Positions 26,141 through 36,945 of a stretch of DNA of 64,000 bases are shown here, one piece after another. The stretch is from Felis catus (Eukaryota): assembly GCF_018350175.1 (NCBI RefSeq), contig NC_058372.1, positions 120,590,001-120,654,000 on the forward strand. Direction: 5' to 3'. Numbering within the stretch: the stretch's first letter is position 1; each line of letters begins with the position of its first letter. The translations under genes and the position numbers were made by a program. The notes below the pieces were generated by a model. The model searched no databases and was not told where the DNA came from. It was given only the letters and a program-made list of their open reading frames with translations.

Positions 26141-26367
26141 TTTTTTTTTTTTAATTTTTTTTTTTTAACGTTTATTTATTTTTGAGACAGAGAGAGACAG
26201 AGCATGAACGGGGGAGGGGCAGAGAGAGGGAGACACAGAATCGGAAACAGGCTCCAGGCTCTGAGCTGTCAGCACAGAGCCCGACGCGGGGCTCAAACTC
26301 ACGGACCGCGAGATCATGACCTGAGCCGAAGTGGGCCGCTTAACCGACTGAGCCACCCAGATGCCCC
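26141..26367 (-). mobile_element. Can-SINE (feline)
   Basis: Poly(T), then aacgtttatttatttttgagacagagagagacag... ending cccagatgcccc. Confidence 0.93.
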
Positions 26368-28294
26368 GCCTGATTCTTTTTTAAGTACTGACTCCATATT
26401 CTGTCCTTGATTTAAAACGTATTAAAGCAATAGTGTTTTCTGAGGCTGCTTGCCAGGTTATATTCATCTAAAATATGAACATTGAGTAACTTAGGATGAA
26501 CGACGCCTATGATCTCATTTTTAGAGTTTAAGTTACTAAAGTACAGGCACAATTGTATTAATTTCAAGTCTTCTTTGCAGTCACCGAGATTTGCTTTATA
26601 CCTACTTTCTTGACTTATTTTTACCCTACATATTGTCCTGGTATTCTCGCCTTAATTTGTTTTAATTTATTTTAATGTAAAAAACAAAATCTGTGTAAAA
26701 CAGTAAATTTGACAGTTTCTTCATACGAGTTTCTTTTTAAGTAGTGCTTTCTGTAGCCTGTCTCTTGGGATGTGCATCCGTTAGGATTAGGCTTGGCTGC
26801 ATATGACAGAAATTCAGCAGGTGAGGGCCTTGAGATGGAAATTGATTTTTCTCCCACCTTCATCAAGTCTGGAATTAGGAAGTACAGGGGTAATAAGGAA
26901 TTCCATTGGATTAGGGGCTCGGGCTTGCTCTGTCTTACTGTTCCACTGCCCTTATCTCATAGTCTCATGATCAGATGGCTACTTGAGCTCCCAATTCTTA
27001 CATCTAAAGTCCAGGCAATAAAAGTGAAGAAGGGTAGGAAGGCCAAAGGGGTCTTGGCTGGCTTAGTCTGGTCACTCTAAGCAATCTTTAATTCGCAAAA
27101 GATACAAAACTATTTCATTTTACATTTCGTTAATCGTGACAGGATCGTGTGGCCCCTTGGCTCTACCTGTTCCCAGGGAGCCTTGAAAGTATGGATACTA
27201 TTTTATTTCTCGCAAACACCTGGGTTCTGTTCACTGTGCAGGAAGGGTGGAACGGATGTTGGGGTACGCAGCTAAGAGCCTCTTTACCTCAGTTATTTCA
27301 TAGTTTTTACAGGAAAATAGAAAACCTGGTGAGGTCTATATGGCTCAGCATCTGGGCTATAATATAATCATGGGAAATGGTAGTAAGAGATCTCTGCTTA
27401 TTGATTATTTTATCCATATTAACTGTCATTTTTGTGTTATTATTGCCAAATATGTATGCTAAGTACTTTTTATACACTCTGTATAATCCCCACAACACGT
27501 TCTAGTAGGACACTATATGCCATGCCACAAATGAGAAAACCGAGGCACAGATAGATTGCATACCTTTTTCAGGTTCTCGTACCTGGTGTGTGGGGAGTCA
27601 GGATATTGATCCTGCTGTTTAAGATCAGTGTTGATAACTGCCTCCATCCTCTTTAGTAATCCGTCTACTTGTATGTGCACTGCTACTCCTGCCCTATCCC
27701 TTGTACGTAAAAATCATTTGAGTTGTCTTAGAGATACACAGAAAACAACAAAACAAGGAGATAAGCAGATTGAAGGGAACATAAAAGTCAGAAATTGGTG
27801 AAGCGGAGATACAGGTGGTGCACAGAACTGAAGGCTCCATCATCGTAGAGAGGTGCCACAGGTCTGGTCTGACTTGTGTTCTGTCAGATCCCAAACGGCA
27901 GGAAAACAAGCTTGAATTTTCTGTATCGGGACCCTTGGCATCTTCGTTGTTTTAGTCATACAATAATTTGAATCCTTATAAAGAATACTAGTTTATCATA
28001 TTGTAGCTGCAAGGGATCCCCAAGATCATTACAATGGTATTGTTACTGTTTTCTGGTATTCTCTTTGTGGGTTAGGTGAACTAAATTACCATTACTTGTT
28101 TTTTAAGATGTGGAAACCTGGTCAGAATTTTGTAACTGGAAATGGGTCATATGCTTACTGGTAAAAACTGGGGCTCTTTTTTGTTGGTTCATTTATAGAA
28201 ATGCTCGTATCATAGTTTTAAAAGGATACAGACCTTGAAAGACTGTGATCCTGACGAAAATGGTGTGCTATTTGTGAGAGCTTCTTCCTACACT

Positions 28295-28400
28295 CATAGA
28301 CTCGTGAGCTCCTTGATGACAAAAGATTTTGCCTTACTCATTTTTTTCCTGGTGTCCTCAGTGCATAGAAGGTATTCAGTAAGTGAATAATGAATGGCTG
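28295..28400 (+). mobile_element. L2 3'-end remnant
   Basis: tagactcgtgagctccttga...tcagtaagtgaataatgaatg resembles the L2 terminus. Confidence 0.55.
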
Positions 28401-28974
28401 ACTGGTAAATGAGAAAAATCTATTAATATTATAATTAATATTTCTGCTTCTTTAAACAGGTAAGTCAGTTACCTAAAACAGAGGAAAGACAGGTCACCCT
28501 TCTTTTCCCCCTGGCAAGTTGTATGAGGCGGGTTACAGTACCACTAATGATTGGACATTGGGACCACAAAGTCCCACCCTTAAACTTGGTGTGTTTGGAG
28601 AATTGCCATAATTATGATACACCTGAAACATAGTGGTTGTAAAGGGAAGTAGCAGGAGACAAGTCTGGTAGGCTCCTGGCACGTAAATGTTACTTATTAA
28701 TTGTAAGGCATAAAAGGTCCGGATTTTGAAAGATTCTGTACGACATGTTTGTTATCTTTTTAAAAATGACATTTTTAGTGAGGAAAAGAAGGGACGTGAT
28801 TTGGTTTGAGTCACATTTGAAAACTAAATAGTGTAATTCATTTCTTATATTTTAATTTTCAAGACTATTTATGAAAAATAAATTAACAGGATATTTAAGT
28901 GTAATTACTTTATTTTGTTTTCTTTCTCAGGATGTGATCTTCGTGGTGGGAAGCTCAGTTTTTAAACTACCCCA

Positions 28975-29109
28975 ATGGATGCAGACAGTGATGTTGCATT
29001 GGACATTCTAATTACAAATGTAGTCTGTGTTTTTAGAACAAGATGCCATTTGAACTTAAGGAAGATTGCTTTGGAGGGAGCAAATGTAATTTATAAGCGT
29101 GATGTTGGA
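28975..29109 (+). CDS. TBPL1: TBP-like protein 1 (TRF2/TLF), exon 2 coding part; exon begins 28931
   Basis: Translates MDADSDVALDILITNVVCVFRTRCHLNLRKIALEGANVIYKRDVG, the TBPL1 N-terminus; acceptor AG at 28929-28930, donor GTAAGT at 29110. Confidence 0.97.
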
Positions 29110-31097
29110 GTAAGTATCTAAATTTTGGCGTGTGGGCTACATAGACTGGTTTTGTAGTGCTATAAATGATATACTAAAATATATTCACTTACCGATAGTT
29201 TAAGAGCACCTTACCAAGTGCCGGCTGTACTCAGTACAATATGGAGCCCTGTAGAAGCCCCCCCCCCCCGCTCCCATGAAGTGCCAACTTTTGCATATAC
29301 ACATCTCGAAGTCTTAGCAAAGAATTCACAGGCTACTAGACATTTTTTTCTCTTAATTTCTTTTAACTGAAGAAGGGGACATCTGTACAGTGGTATATAC
29401 TTAATTCAAATATAATTTTTTAGTTGCATGAATGATGCATGATACGAATGAGGTCCTAATACATATGTTGTGATTTTTGTAGTATGTTGTCATACCCCTC
29501 TTTATTTAGCTAAAATAAAATAGTTGGTATTCTTAGTAACACATTGCTGAAAATAATATGATTCATATCCTAACCTGGATACTTTCAATTTTAGTTTTTG
29601 TTAGACCTCTACTCTTTAAAATAAAAGCATTGATAACTTGCCTTTAACCTTATTGAAGATTAACATTAGAAGTGACAATACGTGTTCATTGGATTTTGTA
29701 AACCACATGATGTTGAGATGTGTATCTTATACATTTATTATGAAAATTATGAATGTATATGAAGGCTCCAAGCTCTAAAAATTAGGTGCCAGTATACCTC
29801 AGTAAATTATTAGTTCTTAGTACTACAAACTAAGTTAAGGGGAATTGAATTCAATTAAAACTTAATAGTGACACAATTAAAGATTTTCAAGTTCATCAGC
29901 AATGCCATCGTCACCTAAATAAAGGAAGGAATATGTCCGCTGGAGAAGGTTAGCGAGTAAAAGGCCTCGTGCTGCTTTGGATCTTGTGTGTGCCATGGGA
30001 CAGGGAAGTCATTTTTCCTAGGAAGATGAACTGAAAAGGCTGAGTTGATGGTAAGCAGGTGGTGAAAGGCACTTAAGTGCAGAATAAACTCAGTTTAGTG
30101 TTTCCCAGCCACTTGTGTGTGAAATTTTATACTATCTTTTAGTTCAGATTTTATTTTGACTCTTTGGGAAATTTTATCCTTCCAGATTTAATAGCTTTGA
30201 TAATAGGTGGGTAATACGGTATTTGACAGAGAAAGGGCAAAACTCAAAATGCCAACGGAAGTTTGAAGGAGAAACGTCTGATTCATATGCTATCGTAATC
30301 AGTATACATTTACTTCTCCTATGCACAATGGGCATATAATTAATATTTCCATAAATGAAAAACTACAATGAAAACTTAAATTTGTTCTCTTGGACCTTCG
30401 TCCTTGACCGACTTATGCTCATTCTGTAGATAATTTCATTCAAACCCACAGCTTTAAATGGCTCTCATATCTAAAGAATCTAAAATTACATCTCCAGCTC
30501 CACCGTTTCCCCTGCATTCAAGATTTGTGTATTGAACTTGAACATGTAGTAGGCATCTCAACTGTAAGGTACAGAAAGTAGCGATGAGTACCATGAAGCA
30601 GAATAAAGCAAGGTAGGAGGTGGGGAGCGACAAAGGGACGGGTGCATTGATGGAGTGGTCAGGGAAGGCCTCTCTGACATCTGGTGAGAGACTTGAATGA
30701 AGTGAGAATATTGAGGGAAGAACATTCCGGATGACAGTAACAATTACTGCAAAACCCCTGAGGTGTGAACAGGTTTGGCATGTTTAAGGATCCATTTATG
30801 TGGATTGCGAATCGCAAATTCCAGTTATGTAACCAGCGGGGAATGAGAGTTGGAAAGTGTACAGACTCGTGGCGTATTGATTTCAAGTATATAGTAAGAG
30901 GTTTATGCAGACCTTGTATTTTTGATTAATTGAATGTCCTTTTGGATGAATATGTTCTTTGTGTTCGGTATGGAGCTCGATTTCCGAATGGATGATTTGG
31001 AGAACAGTTATTTATTTCAGGCGTGGGTAAGCGTCGAGTAGTCAACTTGTATTAAAATGGCCACGTAGAGCAGCACCGTAAGTGAAAATTAATATTT

Positions 31098-31247
31098 NNN
31101 NNNNNNNNNNNNNNNNNNNNNNNNNNNNNNNNNNNNNNNNNNNNNNNNNNNNNNNNNNNNNNNNNNNNNNNNNNNNNNNNNNNNNNNNNNNNNNNNNNNN
31201 NNNNNNNNNNNNNNNNNNNNNNNNNNNNNNNNNNNNNNNNNNNNNNN
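31098..31247 (+). other. TBPL1: N run inferred to contain TBPL1 exon 3 (83 nt, KVLMKLRKPRITATIWSSGKIICTGAT)
   Basis: The visible exons total 478 nt; the 561-nt CDS needs 83 nt with phase 0 in and phase 2 out. I found no such exon in the readable sequence 29110-31383, and this 150-nt gap is the only unread part. Inference only. Confidence 0.7.
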
Positions 31248-31383
31248 GACTTTTAATGTTTCCTTTGTACAAGGGGAGGACGTTTTCCTGGACTTAAAAT
31301 CATGTGTGTCGTTTGTCATGTTTGTCAGTATAAAGTTTATTTCCTGTGTGACTGATAATCTTTTCGTTTCCTTAAAACCGTAG

Positions 31384-31447
31384 TGAAGAAGAAGCAAAAT
31401 TTGGTGCCAGACGTTTAGCCCGCAGTCTGCAGAAACTAGGTTTTCAG
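31384..31447 (+). CDS. TBPL1: TBPL1 exon 4
   Basis: tag|T GAA GAA GAA GCA AAA TTT GGT GCC AGA CGT TTA GCC CGC AGT CTG CAG AAA CTA GGT TTT CAG|gtaat = (S)EEEAKFGARRLARSLQKLGFQ. Confidence 0.97.
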
Positions 31448-32157
31448 GTAATGTTTTCAAAAAAAACATCCGAACCGCAAATATGGAAGGATTTAGTTTG
31501 TAAAGGTAAACTTTTTAATTTAATAGACGGAAGAAATCACACAAAAACTTCCTCACGATTGGCCTTTTTCTTACCGTCCTTCAGTACAAAAATTACGCAG
31601 TGAGCTTACCCACGTGAGTCCTTGCAAGGATCCTGGCTTTTTCACTGCCCCCCTTTCTCAGGGACGCTTGTTACCTTACACGTGACCTGCCTTTTCAGCT
31701 CTTCAGGTTGTTCACTCCTCACACGCACACACCAAGTCATGTTTTTGATGACCTCAAGAGTAGTTTGTCAGGATGATGAGTAGGGAGTAGGGCCCTACGT
31801 TCAAAAAGTTGAAGCGCATTTGTTTGTATTTATAGATAGCTATCACATAAATTATAAAGAAGAAAAAAGATATTAGAATGGAACTTGCCTAGATCTATAC
31901 ATTTTGTGGCTAAGAGTAAACCGTGTTCCTACATTTTATGGTTAGTGACAGCGTTACCATTATAACAGGAAATTGTGATTATTTAAAAATATGCAGAACT
32001 GACTGAATCTGTGCTTGAGAAATAACAGCATTTGCTGGTGTAAGTTGAAAAGGATTCACATGAATAACTAATACTAAGTATACACCTGTGTATAAGAACT
32101 CAGAAAAGGCTGCATTTTGTAAAATCAATCAGCTGTATTAAAAATGACATGAATCCT

Positions 32158-32338
32158 GGGGCACCTGGGTGGCTCAGTCGGTTGGGCGTCCGGCTCTTGA
32201 CTTCGGCTCAGCTCGTGGCTGATGAGTTTGAGCCTCACATTGTGCTCTCTGCTGTCAGTGTAGAGCCCGCTTCAGATCCTCTGTCTCCTGCCCCTCCCCG
32301 ACTTGCGCCCTCTCAAAAATAAACATTTAAAAAAAAAT
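32158..32338 (+). mobile_element. Can-SINE
   Basis: GGGGCACCTGGGTGGCTCAG head and A tail. Confidence 0.9.
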
Positions 32339-33382
32339 AGCATAAGTCCAAAACAAAATGCACAGTGTTTGAAAACGGACATTGTAAGATTGGCCTGCTG
32401 TGTTAGATCCACAGTTTAGTCCACAGAAAGTGCATACTGGTTGGTGGGCTCTTACTTGTAAAGTGACCATCACTGGGAGGTTAACTTTATCAAATACCAT
32501 TTTATGGAGGCATACATTTGGTAAAATTGCTATGTAGTATGGACTTGTTGTGTCACTTGCAAATGATGAGTCAACGAAAGAAAAATAAAGATGTGCTGTG
32601 GTCCCTGAAGAGATGGGCCCAGGCTGTGTGGAATTCAAATGAGCAGTTGTGGGAAGTTGAGTTTCTCTGTGTCTTCCTCAGTCTTCCCCGAGGTGGAAGA
32701 TACTAGAAAGGCGCCGGGGTACTGATGGTGGGAGAGGGGGAGGGTTGGTGCCTAAGAAAAGTGGCAGTATTGAGAGTCGTGACTGATGGTGGGGCCACTT
32801 TGGACAGCGTAGTGACTTTCATCAGCTGCCTTGTGCACGTACTCCGATGGAAGATAGTTAACCCAGAATTGTGGTTTTACTGGGAACGTTTCAAAAGATA
32901 ATAAACTGCTCCATCCAAGTTATTGGTAGGAGTGGCTGAAGTTACTTTTCAGCCTTGGACCTTGTCTTAGTATAACATTAGACGTGTCGAGAAAAATCCC
33001 AGTTAAAAACACCATTTTCTCACTCTACCCTCCCGGAAGAAAACGTCTAACTAAACTCGCAGAAAGGTCATTTTACCTTACTCCTATAAGCAAAAGTCTG
33101 ACCTTTCAGAGCTCAGTGTACACGCAGTACTCAGTATTGACTCAGCGTATACTCAGTATTTACTTATTTAAGTGGCAACTTCCATTTTGACTCTTGAGAA
33201 GGATAACTCTGCTTTAATTTTTATAATCACTATTCTTTCTCCTGTCCCAGCAGATTAAATATCCCACTTAAAGTTTAAAAAAATACAAGATAAGATTCAA
33301 AAGACCCAGATGTTTTAATCTTGCAAATCTCTCAAGTTTTATTTAATTTTTTGATGAAGTTTTTGACCTTTTTCTTTAATTA

Positions 33383-33703
33383 CAGTGGGCCCTTGAACAA
33401 CACAGGTTTGAACTGTGCGGATCCACTTATGTACAGATATTTTTTGATAAATCTATTACNNNNNNNNNNNNNNNNNNNNNNNNNNNNNNNNNNNNNNNNN
33501 NNNNNNNNNNNNNNNNNNNNNNNNNNNNNNNNNNNNNNNNNNNNNNNNNNNNNNNNNNNNNNNNNNNNNNNNNNNNNNNNNNNNNNNNNNNNNNNNNNNN
33601 NNNNNNNNNNNNNNNNNNNNNNNNNNNNNNNNGGAGTCAGAAGTTATGCGTGGAATTTTGACTGGCAGGGGCACTAATCCCTGCATTGTTCAAGGGTCAC
33701 CTG
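33383..33703 (+). mobile_element. Tigger2-derived MITE (MER8/Tigger2a-like; interior N)
   Basis: TA|CAGTGGGCCCTTGAACAA ... TTGTTCAAGGGTCACCTG|TA: inverted termini with TA duplication. Confidence 0.88.
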
Positions 33704-33887
33704 TATGGTAGTAAGAAGTCACCGAAAACTAAATCAGTTTGTCAGGTGTTGTTTTTCTTTCTAGTTTGTTCTTACTTTTAAGGATTGAAAGAGTTACTTA
33801 TAGTTCCCCTGATGAACAATTTCTATTTTCTGATGAGGAATTTTTTTGTTGCAAAATAATTCATTGAGTTGTACTTCTCTCCTGAAG

Positions 33888-33991
33888 GTAATATTTACAG
33901 ATTTTAAGGTCGTTAACGTTTTGGCGGTGTGTAACATGCCATTTGAAATCCGTTTGCCAGAATTCACAAAGAACAATAGACCTCATGCCAG
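33888..33991 (+). CDS. TBPL1: TBPL1 exon 5
   Basis: aag|VIFTDFKVVNVLAVCNMPFEIRLPEFTKNNRPHA(S)|gtaggt; 104 nt, phases consistent. Confidence 0.97.
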
Positions 33992-34090
33992 GTAGGTCTT
34001 TGAAGAATCAGGACAACTTACCAAATTTGTAATTGTTTGTCAGCCTATAAATATTTATATTAATTGTGGTTTTTTTTTTTTTTTGTACAG

Positions 34091-34185
34091 TTATGAACCT
34101 GAACTTCATCCTGCTGTGTGCTATCGGATAAAATCTCTAAGAGCTACGTTACAGATTTTTTCAACGGGAAGTATCACAGTAACAG
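34091..34185 (+). CDS. TBPL1: TBPL1 exon 6
   Basis: tacag|(S)YEPELHPAVCYRIKSLRATLQIFSTGSITVT(G)|gtatt; 95 nt. Confidence 0.97.
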
Positions 34186-34451
34186 GTATTTTATGATACT
34201 GAAAGCAGGCGTATGGCCAATTATGGTTTGAATGAAGTGCTTATATCCAAATATAAATATTGTCTCATTGTCCCCCTTCAGTCACTTCTGCCCTACAAAG
34301 GGAACCAGTCTCCTGACTTTTAAAACTGTAGTTTCGTTTTGCCTGCTTTTTCTACTAGTTTTAAGTCTTATACATACTGTTTTGGGTCAGTGTTCTTTCA
34401 TTCATTATTATCTAGTGAGATTCATTCGTATTATTCCACGTAGCTGTAGAT

Positions 34452-34512
34452 CCATGACCTAAGCCAAAATCAAGAGTCAGACGCTTAACCCACTGAGCCA
34501 CACAGGCACCCT
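34452..34512 (-). mobile_element. Can-SINE 5' fragment
   Basis: catgacctaagccaaaatcaagagtcagacgcttaacccactgagccacacaggcaccc. Confidence 0.75.
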
Positions 34513-35546
34513 AAGAGAAATCCACTTCATAAACTTCATAGAGGTTTTACCTAAGCAAAATACTCCTGTATCACTGGTGCCTATTTATCACGTCTTATGT
34601 GTATTTTGTTATGTATCTTCTGAGTCCTAAGTATTTGAAAGGGGTGGTTTCAAAGACAAGGCATAGATGTCAAAGGATCACATTAGCACACAGGATGGTT
34701 TTTAAAAGTACTGTGTGTATAAATTGTACGGAGACATCACTTGAGAGTTAGGCCCAACCTTTGACTAAATTGGATTCAGGAAAATTTCTTTGGTGTCCTT
34801 GAATTTTTCTTTTTATTCCTTTAGTCCTTAAGAGAAAATACACGTTACCAACACCTTTAGACTCTGAACAAGTAAGTTTTAGTTTTGACTGATTCTATGG
34901 GTTTTCACATCTTCCTTGGAGACTTTTAAAACCTACTGCCAGAGTCATGCCGAAATCTTAAAATGGAGTGTGGGGGAACAAATCCATGTTCTTTCTTGTC
35001 TTCTTTCAACTGCCTCTTCCTACATTTTGGAGCCTAGGCCTCTGGCAGAGCCCCAAAATCTGTTGAGAAGTCCCCATTAAGTGTAGAGTTTATGATGCAT
35101 AGGTAAAATCTACATTTGAGTTAATAGGTAACTAAACAACATCACAAACTGAAGACAGTTAGGTTGATTAGTATGCGTTATATATTTACATCTGGAACAT
35201 CCTATGAAATGTTAACAATTCAGTGAACAGATACTGAGTGGTTCCCATAGGCAAAGCACTATCCTATGTGGGGGAAGGGAGAGGAATCAGGAAAGAGCAG
35301 ACCCTGATGATAGCATGTGGTCAGTACCTTCAGAGAGTTCACAGTGGGTACAATATGTGTGTTTTTAAGATCTTTCAAAAGAGTTAAGCGTACGTTAGTG
35401 AAACCATTTTTATTAAAATGTTTTATGAAAATATTTGGTCTTTTTTTATGTTTCCTTTTATCTATTCAAGTGGAATATTAAATTTTTTAAAAACTAGTTA
35501 TTCCTAGCCTTATATGGATTAATTCATATGTAGCGTTACCTCATTC

Positions 35547-35548
<2 letters not shown>

Positions 35549-35591
<43 letters not shown>

Positions 35592-35602
35592 TGCGCGCGC
35601 GC
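35549..35602. repeat. (GT)n(GC)n alternating purine-pyrimidine tract
   Basis: About 19 GT units followed by gcgcgtgcgcgcgcgc. Confidence 0.95.
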
Positions 35603-36160
35603 CCCTATTTACTGAGTGAACTGTGAGGATGAATGGCCAGGTTAGTAATACACGTGGGGGTGGGTAGTGAGTACTAATCTGCGGGGCGTTTTAGACCAGT
35701 TAGCTAGTCACAGCCCTCTGATTTCCCAGAACTTTGGAAGCAGGCTTGTTGTACTTCACTGGGTTCCTCAGCACTCCTGTGAGCGTCAGAGGCGGCCTAA
35801 CCAAAGCCAGACTACAGCGACCAAAAGGCTAGTGCCCAAAATGTCTACTCCCGTTTATCATTCCTTCCTTTAATCAGTATCTCACATCGCTTCTTATTCT
35901 CCTTCACGGCAGTCTGTGTGTGGTTTTTATGTACACTGTCTTCACCCTGGGGCCCGAAAACAAGACGAATCACGTCATTGGTGTTTCAGATTGCCTCGAA
36001 CTGTTCAGAGAGAATTTTATTCTCTTGGTTTTTGCTGTGACCGTCTGACTATGTAAAGTGTAGATCTTTTTAAAAACAGCCCCATATATTTTCAGTTCTG
36101 GGAAATCCGCGTTCCTGGCGCTCTTCTCACCCCTTCCTCTCTCTGTTGTGTTTGGTACAG

Positions 36161-36240
36161 GGCCCAACGTAAAGGCTGTTGCTACTGCTGTGGAACAGAT
36201 TTACCCGTTTGTGTTTGAAAGCAGGAAAGAAATTTTATAA
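36161..36240 (+). CDS. TBPL1: TBPL1 exon 7 coding part (stop TAA 36238-36240)
   Basis: tacag|(G)PNVKAVATAVEQIYPFVFESRKEIL*; total CDS 561 nt (186 aa) if exon 3 is 83 nt. Confidence 0.97.
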
Positions 36241-36771
36241 TTCATCGCTTAATTGGTTAGAATCCCTAACTGAGCACCTTTTAAAACCTGCTGCACATTG
36301 GACTCAAAACAAAAGGAAAACTGGACCAACAGTAATTGAGGAAATAGACTCTTTTATTCATTCACGGCTACAGTGTAAGCTCCAGGCCCTTTGGATTTTA
36401 TTTCAGACCTTGCTGTAATATAAAAAGGAAGTTTACAAGACATGACATTGCTGCTTTTACAAAAGGACATTCTATTTATTTTCGCAGTAATTCTCATGTC
36501 CCCGAAAGCAGAGCTGTCACAGTGTGCACTACCTTAAATTGTTCTGTTGTTGTCATTAGTTNNNNNNNNNNNNNNNNNNNNNNNNNNNNNNNNNNNNNNN
36601 NNNNNNNNNNNNNNNNNNNNNNNNNNNNNNNNNNNNNNNNNNNNNNNNNNNNNNNNNNNNNNNNNNNNNNNNNNNNNNNNNNNNNNNNNNNNNNNNNNNN
36701 NNNNNNNNNNNNNNNNNNNNNNNNNNNNNNNNNNNNNNNNNNNNNNNNNNNNNNNNNNNNNNNNNNNNNNN
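36241..36771 (+). other. TBPL1: TBPL1 3' UTR (end probably inside N run 36562-36771)
   Basis: Follows the stop codon. No AATAAA in the readable part, so the proximal poly(A) signal is probably masked. Confidence 0.6.
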
Positions 36772-36945
36772 CTTTTTGATCTATGCAAGCTTANNNNNNN
36801 NNNNNNNNNNNNNNNNNNNNNNNNNNNNNNNNNNNNNNNNNNNNNNNNNNNNNNNNNNNNNNNNNNNNNNNNNNNNNNNNNNNNNNNNNNNNNNNNNNNN
36901 NNNNNNNNNNNNNNNNNNNNNNNNNNNNNNNNNNNNNNNNNNNNN

